Source: Octopus sinensis (lineage: Eukaryota). Taken from it: a stretch of DNA of 64,000 nt. The DNA lies in the NCBI RefSeq assembly GCF_006345805.1, contig NC_043003.1, forward strand, positions 80,476,001 to 80,540,000. The letters run 5' to 3'. Of the stretch, positions 37,344 to 50,668 are shown piece after piece; positions within the stretch are counted from its first letter, which is position 1; each line of letters begins with the position of its first letter. Position numbers and translations under genes: made by a program. A model generated the notes under the pieces. The model was not told the DNA's origin. It ran no database searches and saw only the letters and a program-made list of their open reading frames with translations.

Positions 37344-38924
37344 GTGAGCCTCATGCGTTACGGCTCCTCATGAGTGGGGTCGCATTACTAACAGAAAGGT
37401 TATATTTCGTTACGCATGCCATTCAGGATGTCCCGCATGCTACAATTTAACTGTGGCTGAGGTAAATGTTGGTAAGGAAATACATTGGATGACGTGGCTC
37501 CTGATATGTGATGTCTAAAGAATAGAGGGTACATACATGAATGTGCCGTCTTTAATTATAGAGTCTTGATTCCATCAAGATAGAAATGGAAATGTGTCCC
37601 GAAAAAACAAAGATAACCGCATCGTTATTAGAATTTAGTGCGAGCTAATATTTTCCATTGGAATCCTTTCCACAAAATAGCTTAAATATTTTCCCAAGAT
37701 TACAAATTAAAAAAAAAACATGAAAATATAGAGCCATCATTCGCCAGCCGATTACAGCTTGGTAACGTATTGTATAATCTCCAAATGTTTTAGTCCTTAG
37801 ACAGTAGATAGAATCCTCTTGTTTGACCCCGCACTCTTGGCCAAGTGGAGTATGCAAGATGTGACAGCCGGAAGGAAAGTGGGCAGCACAAGTAATAGGC
37901 TAGTGCTCATTTCTTAGTAATACAATGTGCCAGCCAATCCAGGAACTGAACTCATGGTATAATGGTGATGAGATAAGCAGCATGAACGGTAGGTCACCCA
38001 ATTACATATATGAAAGTGTTGAGCTGACTGGAGTTCTATAATTATAATTATATTCTCTACCTTAGGATCTTCAATGACAAGTGAATCGTGGGAATATTTG
38101 AAATCATAACGTCACCAAACGTAAATAAATTTGTTAAAATGATATTAATTAAAAGTTCATATTTGAAAAAGAAAATAAATAAATTAAAAATCGGTTGTTC
38201 TGATCGTTGAGGGTAAATCAACAACGAGGGCAATATTAAAGTTAAAAAGAAAAGCCTTCAATAGAAATATATAGCTTCTGTTTTTTTTTTGTTTCAGTCA
38301 TTAGACAGCAGCAATGCTGGGGCACCGCTTTGAAGAACGATTAGTCGAACGAATCGACTTCAGTGCTTATGTCCCCTAAGTTGTGGGGACATAAGCAAAA
38401 CGATATCGGTCGCTAATTGTTGGTAGGAGACATACACAAACACAAGGACACACAGTCAAACACAACACACATACACAGAGCCAAACACACACATACACAT
38501 TAAGAATAAGGAAACTTGAGATTTGAACATCAATAATTTATTTTACGATTATTTACAACATATTACTATGACCTATATATGTGTTTCCATTGCAGTGACC
38601 GTACACTGCTTGAGATGCAAACTTGCAATATTGCCAGTGCAGTTTCATCAGGGTATGTACATTAGGTCCGCTATGAATTAATAATGCTGTAAATAACTGT
38701 AATATAAATATTATTAATAATATTTCCGACTCTACGGAACCTTTGCCTTACTGGGTAGTACAAACGGAGTTACCCAACCAGTAAACTTACCTATGTCTAA
38801 AAAATTATTATAGGCTGCTGGCCGGCATCTGGAACCAAACTGAGAGCTAACACGGTATCTGCTTTATAATACATCCCTGCAAATTCACTTATACATAGTG
38901 ATCTGATCAATAGAACAGATTGAA

Positions 38925-39590
38925 AGCGAAAGTGGAGCAGAGAATCAGCATCAAATTTTGCCAAAAGCTTGGCGATATTTACTCAGTGACATACACAAAA
39001 TATTCAAAAACACTCCATCGTTCTCCACAAAATCAAGGAGACTTGTGCAAGTGAAGCCCGAGTGTCGTTTTAGTCAGTTCAACGCAGTTTTCGCCGAAAC
39101 CTGGCAGACACGTGCTCATAACCAAATCTTCAGTGATAATGAACTAAACCGGAACTAACCCGTACCTGCTCTGATAACTCACGGATGGTGATTCGTCGAT
39201 TTTCCCTCACAGCTGCACTCATATTTGCGATGTTTTCTCAGTTCACCTGATTGCAGGTCTCCCAGAATGTTTGTTAGTATCGACATTTTTTCAGCCATCT
39301 TGGAAACGTCTGAACCATTCCTACAGTTATATAACCCTCTCCATAAAATTTCTGTAAATTTGTGTAAGCCTCTGAGCAGGTATCCCTATGACTACTTTCT
39401 CTGTCATTGTCAATGCGAGGATCACATGCTACACACCTTCCTTCAGAGGACTGCTGTAAACAGATGTCGCCAACCTGGAACGTTAAAAGGTAAGGTATAT
39501 AGATTACGGAGGTCAAGGTTAATCTTTCCCAAGCGGCTTCGCTCCGCATGGTTTAACATCGGTATTATGGCAACAGTGCGGATACTGTTT
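38925..39590. mobile_element. Mariner remnants in both orientations
   Basis: Plus strand at 38925: KVEQRISIKFCQKLG. The minus-strand segment at 39150-39590 matches the 5' part of the 62858-63694 element (gccgcttgggaaagattaaccttgacctc; gtgtagcatgtgatc). Confidence 0.65.
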
Positions 39591-39597
39591 ATTATAA

Positions 39598-39805
39598 AGG
39601 CAGGGAGCTAGCAAAATCCTTACCGCAGCCAGATAAGTGCGTGTAACATGTCTAAAGACTACACTCCAAGTTCAAACTTCGTGGAGGTCGATTTTGCCTG
39701 TCATTCTGTCAGCGTCGATAAAATGGTTACAGTTGGGGCACTGGGCTTGATATAATCGACTTAGATCCTCCCCTGAAATAGCTGGCTTTGAGCCAGAATT
39801 TATAC
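39598..39805 (+). mobile_element. SINE family A (degenerate)
   Basis: aagttcaaacttcgtggaggtcgattttgcctgtcattc...gaaatagctggctttgagcc. Confidence 0.75.
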
Positions 39806-42800
39806 CCCCCCCCGACATACAATAGATGCAATGTGAGAGAGAGAGAGAGAGATTAAATATTAATAAATTAAATATTAAGAAATATTACGATGAGAATATG
39901 ACAGATAGTAAAGAATAAAGGAGGGATTGAAGAAAATAAACAAGAACGGTAGAGTGAACGTTAGAGCAAGGCAGGAAAATCGAAAAATCTGAGTAAGTGA
40001 GGAAATGAAGATTTTAAAATAATGAGGAAAAATAGTTTGAGAAAATGATAAAAACGAGAAAAATACGAGTAAAACCAAACGAAAAGTGGAACGAATAGAG
40101 AGAAAATAAGCAAAGAGGCACGCAGATGAAAAAAATTAGAGTGGAGACTCGAGAAATGAATGAAATGAGATAGAAATACAACAAACACGACAAGAATAAA
40201 CTGTGACAATACAGAAATAAGATTAAAAAATAAAACCTATCTTACAGAAAGAATAAATTGATAATCAGGAGAAATGACATAAGAAGTAAAATAAATCACG
40301 AGTTAAATCAACATTATCTTTTTATGTAAGACCTCTTATAAGAAAGAGAAAAGTATAGGTGAGTAGTCTATTCCACACGTATAATATAAAGTGATTTTAC
40401 AAATAGGATATATTGAAAGGGTAACTCTTAAGAAGAGAGAATATATTGGTTTAGTGCGAGACAGTCTTACAAATAGCCAACCTTAATTTTCTATTGAAAA
40501 TATATTTGAAAGAATTCAATTTCTTATTGACATTGTTCATAAAAACGCGACGCTTTTTTACATTTATCTTAACTATATATATTCATTACCAATTCGAATT
40601 GCCTTTCGGGTAATTCTGAACTAATCATTTAGGTTCAAATGTTTAGAAGCATTTGTGACCTTATAACACCAAGAAAAACTTAAGCATATTCTGTGTAAAA
40701 CTTCTTTAAAATTTTTATTTGTCCATATTGTTTTAAAAAGCAGAAGTTTGATCAGAAGGATAATGAAGTAGAAAAGATGAAATGGCGTACATTCATAGAG
40801 ACATAATAATTCGTACAAACATATATACACACAAAAATATGTATATACACACAAAAATACGTATATACACACAATCACATACACACGTACGCATTTATGC
40901 AGGTACACATATAATCATGCTTGCAAGTTTATATGTATCGTTGTGTATTTTATCACATGATTGATATATTGTGGAATATATGAAAAAAGAACAGGAATGT
41001 CGCAGAAAATGAAATAGTTTCGGGAGAAATAATATAAGGACAAACATTATACATTTACCTTAATACATTTAGGAATCTAATATTTTGTGAAAACATGCTT
41101 TTTTATCAGATAGAGAAGCGTGTAGAAAGACTGATAAGTTTGTATTGTTTCTACTGAGTTATTTTGATCAGCAAAATTTGAAAATTACTGAGAATGCAGA
41201 TCACGTTTGAAATTCCTTCGTCAGGAAGCAATTATTCATAGGTAGGATATCCGCTATGCATTTGAGAAAAGAAAAGGTAGTCAAACGTAACGTTGAATGA
41301 GAGCCAGTAGAAGAACCCACACTTGCCAATCGGTTTTCCTCAAATTTTGTCGGTTGTTCAAGTCTCGTTAGTGATGTCTTATGTGAATAGCCCCTTTGAT
41401 CCAAGAGGTACCGATTTTTTAGTTTAAGGTGCTTAGTGATACTTACTTTGAGAGCTTTAGAGGCGTGTGCCTGTATCTGTAATGCTTTCAAGATGAGTAT
41501 TACATAACTCTTTAACCGGGTTTTAGTTATTATAGCGAATTATTACATAATTAACTTTTTGTAGAGCACTACTATCTCAAAGTTATCCTTTCTGATACCG
41601 TTATAATCCTCTAATTCTACTAGCATAATGTTTAGAATTATCTACCATATATGTAACTATATACTTGGATTGAATCTACAAACTACAGAAGGTATTAATA
41701 GGAAATTACCGTTAAGAATAACACATAAAATATTTATTTTTGTATACCTTACATGATTCGATGACAAACATATTTGCTAATATTTTAGTGTTTAATTGTC
41801 CTACGTATTTTATCAGTCGTTGCAGTACAGTGAAGTATATTCCGCTGTTGCGGGATCGATTATTGTAGTATAAATGCATTGCATGTATACTATAATTTGG
41901 TAGTTTATGATGGGAAGATACGATTATTGGTCTGGTGCAATGAGCTTGTCAGTTTGAAGCCTGGCTTTCAGCCCATAACATTTTAATCATTCTTGTTTTT
42001 CTGTTTTGTATGATTCCCTTTAACTTAACTTAACCTTGCGAAACCTTACCAATAAAACAAGCATTTATGAATCAGTTTCATCCTGGAACTCATGATGTTC
42101 GTTTTTATTATCAATAGCAGTATAATTCCAACATATTTGTTTTGTTACGTTCCTCGCAACAGAATTGATTAAATGTTGCTAGACTTCTACTTATCATAAG
42201 TTTGGTCTCATAGAGTAAAAGTAAATTTTTCTCTTTGCTGTGAAGTGTCGTAATACTGACACGATCAGTTAGATTTAACGTGATATTTGTTAAGAAGCAG
42301 AAAGTAATACACGATTGTAATCCCTATAATTCCTTTGTATTGAAATAATTATTTAGAGGTTGACATGTACTTTCCGCACTCAAACGCAAACGCATTAACA
42401 TACTACGTGAGCACACAGACACAGACAAACACAAACAAACAAACATACACACACGCACGCACACACACACAAACACAGACACACACACAAGTTATAATTA
42501 AGTCAAATTAGGTAGCGATATTCTGAATTCATTTAATATGCACGTTTATATTAGAAAATGCATGCATTACGTAAAACCTCCCCAATTAAAACATTTCAAA
42601 ATATTATCACATCTTCTAAGACTCGGTGCCAGTACAAACTATTTGATCTGACTCAACTTGTGCGGATACTCTAGATTTCGAGTAGTTTTTTACATTTCAC
42701 ACGAGTTCAAAATTCTGGAACCGAGCACTGCTTCTTAGCAGAACACGAAATATTCATACCTATATATGTCTACAGAGACACATACAAGAACACACACACA

Positions 42801-42833
42801 CATGCACTCACATATATAGCGTGTATGTATGAA

Positions 42834-43370
42834 TATATATAAAATGTTTTTTCAGAATGAGTTAAAAAACCAAGATTGTGAAGATTTTAGAACTTTTATA
42901 AGTAGGTATTACAGCTGTTTCCAGGATATTTATTATATCCCTCCATCGGATACGGTGTGAGAAAATGGTTAAGCAATAGTTAATTTAGATAACATACGAA
43001 ATAGAGAGTGAAGTGGAGGAATGAAAATAGATGTGAGATATGCAACGATATTTCATTTGTAGATCCATAATTTAGGCAGAATGGTATACATATGATATTC
43101 CAATACCTTGTGAGTAAAATCCAATAGTATCTAAAATTGGTCATTCCACGTATAAAGTTTGTACACAGTGCTATTGAATCAAGGCTTTTATTTAAAGTGA
43201 CCTAAAAGTAGATATAAATTAACTATTGCTTAACCATTTTCTCACACCGTCTCCGATGAAGGGATATAATAAATACCCTGGAAACAGCTGTAAGACCTAT
43301 TTATAAATGTTCAAAAATCTTCACAGTCTTGGTTTTTTATCTCATTCTGAATTTTTGTTTTATATATATA
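42834..43370 (+). mobile_element. Miniature PLE-like insertion: inverted arms of about 150 bp, each with a variant hammerhead, TA-flanked
   Basis: Arms 42834-42987 and 43215-43370 are reverse complements. HHR-like motifs at 42906-42953 (-) and 43249-43296 (+). The spacer holds KVCTQCY*IKAFI, resembling the CxxC..EK..I end of PLE GIY-YIG. Confidence 0.75.
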
Positions 43371-43519
43371 TATATATATGCACACGCTGCATATGACCTA
43401 CGTTGGACTCCTTATTCGCATAATCACCAAATGTGGAGCTTAACTACGGTCTGTCCATAGCACTTACTCAGCATTACCTGACACCTTTGGGTCTTACACA
43501 CACCATTAAATCTCCAAAC

Positions 43520-43581
<62 letters not shown>

Positions 43582-43723
43582 AAATATTAGAGAGTCAACT
43601 TTGAATATGTTAACTCTAGTGCTAGAAATAGGTCCGATCGGTAAAAGTCGCCGACGATAAATCCACATAGAAATAGCACCACAATCAACGCTATGAAATT
43701 AAATTACTACTAAATAATGGATT

Positions 43724-43800
43724 AATGTTGTACAATTGTTTCTTCATTAACAAAATGCAGATTATACTTACATTATTGTCTATGATTCATCAGCAATATT
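43724..43800 (-). ncRNA. Type I hammerhead ribozyme in a TA-flanked element (about 43577-44008)
   Basis: AAUAUUG-CUGAUGA-A UCAU A GACAA...UUGUU A AUGA A-GAAA-CAAUUG-UA-CAACAUU; intact core, palindromic stem III ACAAUUGU, GUA cleavage between 43731 and 43730. Confidence 0.78.
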
Positions 43801-44010
43801 TGTCAATATAATTGATCAGACCCTTACAAGCGACGATTCTCATATGGTCCGATCAATTACATTCTGTTGTAGTTACAAATTTCCCGCCGAAAGTAAATGC
43901 TAAGTGGAAGTGAATACCGCATGTAATATTTACTGCAGCATATCAAATCAATACATTAAATAATGTGAATTAATATCTATAATTTTATTCACCCTCATTA
44001 TTTAATTTAT

Positions 44011-44053
<43 letters not shown>

Positions 44054-44236
44054 ACTATGAGGATATCTAACCTCTTATAGGGATATTTTTTATGAAAGAT
44101 ACTCTGATTTAATATATTGTATTTTAAAGATATATATATCCTTCATGAATATATATATATATATGTATATATATAAGATAGATAATATGAGTAGCAATAT
44201 TAATAACATCATATTAAAAATCAATATTCTCTGTCC

Positions 44237-44584
44237 ATGAACAACACCTCTCACTACTCCGTGGAGTGCAAATTATCGAACTGCCCCATCAATAACGTTG
44301 AATTGTGCTAGAGGATCTATGTTTTATACGAGATCATCTGTGGCAAATGTGGCGCATCCTACATAGGGACCACAATAAGAAAATTGCATATACGCATTAA
44401 GGAACACCTACATGCAGACACTTCCGTGAAGAAACATATATAGACCCAGGAATTCACAGTGCACTTCAAGGCAACATAGCGGAACAGGCGCAACCTAAGA
44501 ATATCATAGGCTATCCTCATACACCAAAAGAAACCTAAGATCATCAAATTGAGAAAGTTACAGGAAGCTAGCAGGTTGCTATAG
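44237..44584 (+). pseudogene. GIY-YIG endonuclease remnant of a second PLE lineage
   Basis: ECKLSNCPINNVELC*RIYVLYEIICGKCGASYIGTTIRKLHIRIKEHLHADTSVKKHI*...NLRIS*AILIHQKKPKII; four internal TAG stops, no frameshift; absent from the ORF track because of the stops. Confidence 0.88.
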
Positions 44585-45012
44585 AAACACCTTTCCGCAC
44601 ATATCTACTACACACACGCCCGTCGGCCGTATTCCTTAATTTTTTGAAAACGGGGTCACAACACCGAAATATTGAATACAATGTAAGTCTACGTTAATTC
44701 ACATATTTGTTTTCTTGTGAGTTGCCTTGCATTTACTTGTCCATGCCTTACCCACGATCCTCTATACAATGTATTCTACGCAATGTTTTATAGTAATTAT
44801 TTCATATATATGTATTATCTCTCTCTCTCTCTCTCAATGTATGTATATATATATATATATATATTGATATATGTTTTTATATCTAAACGTATATGTACTT
44901 TTGAATTTGGTTATGTAAATATCAAATTTATGTATAATCATACCTGTGTGAATGTAGTAATACACCGATTGTATAAATGTCCACACAGACATACACATAT
45001 ATGTATTTATAA

Positions 45013-45114
<102 letters not shown>

Positions 45115-45512
45115 ATATGTATATATGTATGTAGATATATACACAACAACAGAGAGATTGGAGAAGGAGTGGAAAGACAATAGGTATAGAACAATAGCAA
45201 GCCAATTAAGTAATCTTTGTTCGTGTCAACTGTCAACTCGGATTTCTTTATAAAATAATAATGAAGAGGTTATTGTAGAAATATAAATTATATACATATT
45301 TGACTTACGCCTCATTTTTTACATATAGAGAAAGAAAATCACATATAATACTATAACATATGTGTCTAGAACCATGGCTATAATTATGAGACTCTAGTAC
45401 GAATAGATTGGTTGTAGAAAATAATATCTGATTTGCATACATAGATATAAAGTACATACATATATAAATATATATAGACATTCATACATATATATACATA
45501 CATACGTACATA

Positions 45513-46310
45513 CACCTAACTGTCTGGATGTTTTGCATTCTTGTCCCATTTTTGTATTTTTTATATATAAATTATAGCGGCGTACATACACTTCGGTCTC
45601 TTATAATTAAGTATATATATCTAAATTTTGTACGACTCTATTGTTCTTTATATTCTTTCATTCTGTCTTTCTTTCTTTCAGCCCTTTCACACTTCATTCA
45701 TTCCACTCTTTTTTCTTTCGTTCCCCCTGTCTCACAATTCCTGGCCTTCTCTTCATGCTCACTTTCACTTCACTGTGTCTCTTTCATTTTTCTCTCGCCT
45801 CTCCTTATTTCTTCTATCTCTCTGCCGCTACCTCTCTCTCTTTTCACCCCACGTGACCGGTGTTCGGCCAGACCTGACATTTCTTGGTTGGATTACTGTC
45901 CGTGCAACATCTATATTCCTTCCTGTGCTTGTCAAATCTTATGTCTCTGCCGTAAGGCTTTACTTTCACACGCGCCAGCTTAATCAATTCGTCCTTAGTC
46001 GAAAGATACCTGTTGTTTATATTTGTGTAACATTTCTGTTTTTTCTCCTCCTTGTTTCGTATATATTCGCTCTTTTCTTCCAAGGAACGTAATGCTCTTA
46101 GCTTATTTTTCCTTGGGGTTGGCCAGTTTGGAGCAATCTCGAGTATAACCAGCCTAAATTGCAAAGATAATCTGGAACTCCACTGAGGATAGAAATCTCC
46201 GAATGATCCGTCCTTGTTTCCCGTATATCATATGTCTGGATATTTCTATTCCTTTTTTGCTTCACCTAATTGTCTGGATGTTTTGCGTTCTTGTCCCATT
46301 TTTGTATTTT
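45513..46310 (+). mobile_element. Repeat family E (probable decayed PLE 3' region), first cluster
   Basis: A 48-bp terminal segment occurs at 45513-45560 and 46263-46310 (2 mismatches). 46040-46230 matches 48325-48515. Ends abut TA/ATAC microsatellites. Confidence 0.6.
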
Positions 46311-46373
46311 CTTATACATACATAATGCATACATACATACATAAATACATACATACATACATACATACATACA

Positions 46374-46406
<33 letters not shown>

Positions 46407-46523
46407 GCATAGCCATAGTTGTGTGATTCCCAGTTCAGTCGAACTGCGTGCACTTTGTAACTTTTACTATAGCCTCGGATTGAACAAAGCCTTTTTAGTG
46501 GATTTGGTTACATACATATACAC

Positions 46524-46556
<33 letters not shown>

Positions 46557-46711
46557 TACATACGCGTGTGTGTGCGTGTGCGTCTATGTGTATGTATGAG
46601 TGCGCGCGTGCATCGCTGTGAGTGCATATACGCATTAAGGAACACATACATGCAGACACTTCCGTGAAGAAACATATATAATCGAAAGTGCGTTGTCAAC
46701 ATAAGCCAGTT

Positions 46712-46850
46712 ACAAGGCGGCGAGCTGGCAGAACGAACTTTGCATTTCTTCCTTTCGGGATCGATTAAATATATACCAGTTGCTTAAGCGACTTAATCCC
46801 TTTGTCTGTCCTCGTTTGTCTCCTCTATGTTTAGCCTCCTGTGGACAATA
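46712..46850 (+). mobile_element. SINE family A, internally deleted
   Basis: aaggcggcgagctggcagaa joined to cctttcgggatcgattaaatatataccag...tttgtctgtcctcgtttgtc. Confidence 0.75.
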
Positions 46851-46941
46851 ACAAAAAACAAATAAATATAAGCCAGTTAGAACAAAACAAAGCTAAGATA
46901 AAGGCGTTTCATTTGAGACAAGAGTTGAATTCGTAAATATT

Positions 46942-46982
<41 letters not shown>

Positions 46983-46995
46983 TTTATTCCTTTAC

Positions 46996-47204
46996 GTGAT
47001 TCAGTCATTTGAATGCGTCCATGCTGGAGCACCGCTTTTTAGTCGAACAAATCAACATCAGGACGTATTCTTTGTGGACCTAATACTTATTATATCGGGT
47101 CTTTTGGCGAACTGTTAAGCTACGGACGTAGACACACCAATATCGGCTGTCAAGCGATGGTAGGGGACAAATGCAGAGACGCTAATAGATACATATACAC
47201 ACAC

Positions 47205-47250
<46 letters not shown>

Positions 47251-47378
47251 GATGGGCTTCTTTCAATTTCCGTCTACCAAATCCACTCATACGTCTTTAG
47301 TCGGCCTGAGGCTATAGTAGAAGACACTTGCCTACGGTGCCATGCATTGGGACGGAGTCCGGAACCATGTGGTTCGGA
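46996..47378 (-). mobile_element. SINE family D, near full length
   Basis: Matches 27865-28215 over its length, with an internal (TA)n tract. Confidence 0.88.
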
Positions 47379-48248
47379 AGATATATATATATATATATAA
47401 TATATATATATATACACAGACAGATAGATATATATGCGAGTGAATGAATGAACGAATGGAAATGGCTCTCAGCACATATATTTGAGCTATTTACTGAGTA
47501 ACAGTTTGAGTCAGCTACGCAAGCAAATCTAATTTTCTTGTAGATGAAAGTATGACTGCCGCTCAAACATTAGGAAACAGCTCATCACACTTTGTCAATG
47601 ATAACTCAGCCATACTACTCCCCGCGATAATAATGTATTTTAGTGGTGAAAGTTTAGTGCTCAAGTCTTAGGGTAGTAACAAATAACTTTAGCGTTACAG
47701 TGAGTATTTAAGGTCCCTATTCAGCCACATTCGTGTGGATCTAGTGATAAATTAGCGACAAGTGACGAATAACACTTGTGAACTTTGTCTGGCTGGTGAA
47801 TATGCTACGACACTGAGTTGCAAGAAGGTGTTGTAGAGTGAGTGCAACCTGATAATCCCGATTATAGCACTGTAGACCCGGCTATACTGTAAATAGTTCG
47901 TACAAAGATTACCGCTTGCCATTCTTACAAATTAATGACGTTTGTGTATAGCTGTCAAAATATCTACACTTCTATCTACTCGTAATAGTCTAGAAGAGGT
48001 TAAACACATTCACCATGCCGTAAGCACTGTTGTCGCTGCCGACTCGAATACCTGGTTTCGATGACAAGACAACATTAATATCCTCGATATTAATCTTTGA
48101 GGATTCTTTGATGTCTTGTCATTAAATTATCTCTTTAAAGGTGATACATTTTTGTCTATGATAATGAAATCATTTTGTTTTCTTGCCGAAACTTGAAGTA
48201 ACATGGGGAGCGAAGACAACCTTTTACTCTCCCACAATCTCTCTCTCA

Positions 48249-48285
<37 letters not shown>

Positions 48286-48319
48286 TATATATATATATAT
48301 ATGCGCATATATATTTGTG

Positions 48320-48560
48320 CAAAATTCTCCTTTTTTCCGTCCTGGTTTTCGTATACATTCGCTGCTTTCTTCCAAGGAATCTAGTGCTCTTAGCTTAGTT
48401 TTTCCTTGGGGCTGGCCAGATTGGAGCAATCTCGAGTATATACAGACGAAATTACAAAGATAATCTGCAACACGACTGAGGAAAGAAAACTCCGAATGAC
48501 CCGTCCTTGTTTTCTTTGTATCGTTTATCTGGATGTTTTGCGTTCTCGTCCCATTTTGTA
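48320..48560 (+). mobile_element. Repeat family E, second cluster
   Basis: ttcttccaaggaa...gctcttagctta...ccttgggg.tggccag.ttggagcaatctcgagtata...caaagataatctg...ctgagga...ctccgaatga, shared with 46075-46225. Confidence 0.7.
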
Positions 48561-48571
48561 CACACACACAC

Positions 48572-48609
<38 letters not shown>

Positions 48610-48647
48610 TATTATTGCGGCGTACGTACAACTTATTCTCTTATATA

Positions 48648-48701
<54 letters not shown>

Positions 48702-49072
48702 GTAAATTAATATGTTACCATTATACAATAGTCAAGATAAAACTGAGTTTCAGATGTCGAAGTGGAAATCCACAACACCGGTTATCTGGCCATCTGAAAA
48801 ACGCTATGAAAAATACCGTTATATAAAGGGAAATTACTGTGTTATAATTCCGCTACTTATATAAATTAAGATTAAATGTGCATAGTAAACACGTAAAACA
48901 TGGCTACTCATACGCTCACATGTGCGCTTGCGGACCCACGTGTGTACTAATACGTCACTATGAAAACGTACACATCTTCACTCGCATTTTTCGCCAAATG
49001 TAAACGCATATATATACAAACTCATACACATACATATATATATGCATATATACATATATATATATATATACA

Positions 49073-50033
49073 CACGAAAGTATGTTGAAATGTTCTTAGC
49101 TTTAAGGGTATCTCGAAATGGTAGATCTGTTACATTTAGAGGGGAGACAGGACAACTATTTAGGAGAAAATATGCAAAAATCATTATGGTATACAACATA
49201 CAACACATGATGGCAGCTCCTGCATTGGATTTTGTTAAAACTGAAGCAAGGGTGGTCATGAAGTTCCTCTTTTTCGAAGGCGAAGGAGCAGCGGATATCT
49301 CTGACGAGATGAAGGAATTCTTAAAGAGTGGCTATCCAACTTACTCCGCAGTAACACTCTGAATGTTAAGGTTTCGGTCTGATGATTTCGAGGTCACAAA
49401 TGAATAACGGCCAACTTCCGCACCCACAGAGGGTAGCGCTGTGAACGTCATGATTCTCAAGGACCACCGGATTTCCTCCAAAGTCATAGCTAAAACTCTG
49501 CGCTTTCCTACGTAAGAGTTGGTCACATCATCCACAACGTTCTGGACATGAGAAAGCTTTCTGCAAATTAGGTGCTGAAATACCTGAACGTAGATCAGAA
49601 TGACGACATCAAAGACAGCCGGTTTGTAGTGGGAAAACTTGATTCTATGGCTCGTTTAGTCACCGTGGTGTCCTTTTTTCTTAGGACAATGCACCAGCAA
49701 ACACTATACATAAAACTCTATGGGAAATCTGTAACCATGGCTCCGAATTGGTAGATAACCCACCTTACTCTCCTAACCTGGCGTCCCCCCCATGATCCCC
49801 TCTTTCCTCAATGGAAGAAATATTTCAAGGAAACTGTCACTCCGAAGTGATCGATACTACAAATGCCTGGCTGGAGGTCCAACCTTCTGAGTACTTTTTA
49901 AGGAGCTTTGGAAAACTGAAGGGCCACTGCAAGAACTGTGTGAATCTGAGAGTAGAATTTGTTGAATAAAATAAAAATGAACTTGGTGTATTTTCCTTTA
50001 CGCAAAGCCCAGAACAATACAGCACTCTTCGTG
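49073..50033 (+). mobile_element. Mariner remnant, internally deleted
   Basis: Degenerate TIRs starting cacgaa; ARVVMKFLFFEGEGAADI, ILKDHRISSKVIAKTL, LDMRKLSAN*VLKYL (compare WVP), HPPYSPNLA-like segment. Confidence 0.8.
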
Positions 50034-50579
50034 CATATATTTACACCACGCGCGCGCGCACACACACACAGAGGTTATAAAAGGTAGGTACAAATAGGGA
50101 GAGTAATATAAATTTCTGCTGATGTTGAAATGGTTTTAAATACAGTTACTCAGTTTTATGTAACTGATCATAATACATCTGTGTGTACTGTGCACAATAT
50201 GCAGGTATATAAGTGCTTATAAGCAATTTATAATCATTTACGAACAATATATATAAGCATGCATACATATGTACATTCATACGTTCGTAAAAACGTGCTC
50301 CATATATATATATATATAATATATATATATATTATATATATATATAACAAACTGAGAAAAAGAAATCCTCTAAATGGTGTGCTAAATATTCAATTCACAG
50401 GTACGTCAGTTGAATACCATATAAATATTTGTATAATGGAATTACAAAGATAAATTAAATAGAGAGATACTATTGACAATCCAATAATTCATTTATCTTA
50501 TAATATTACATGATATACTATGAATATAATATAACGTAATATTATACAACATAAACAATTATTAAAAACACCCATAAAA

Positions 50580-50668
50580 AACCAACAAATTGTTTCGACT
50601 TATATGCATTTTCTGATATATATACACAATAACTTTTCTCTTATATATATATAAGTCACTTCAGAGTC
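50580..50668 (-). ncRNA. Variant or decayed hammerhead (A9 to U) in a TA-flanked element (about 50346-50960)
   Basis: GACU-CUGAAGU-GACUUAUAU...AUAUAAGUC-GAAA-CAAUUUG-UU-GGUU; stem II has 9 perfect bp. Confidence 0.6.

Noticed and set aside
41201-41491. 96-aa minus-strand ORF with ordinary amino-acid composition
   Set aside because: No clear donor site and no recognised domain.
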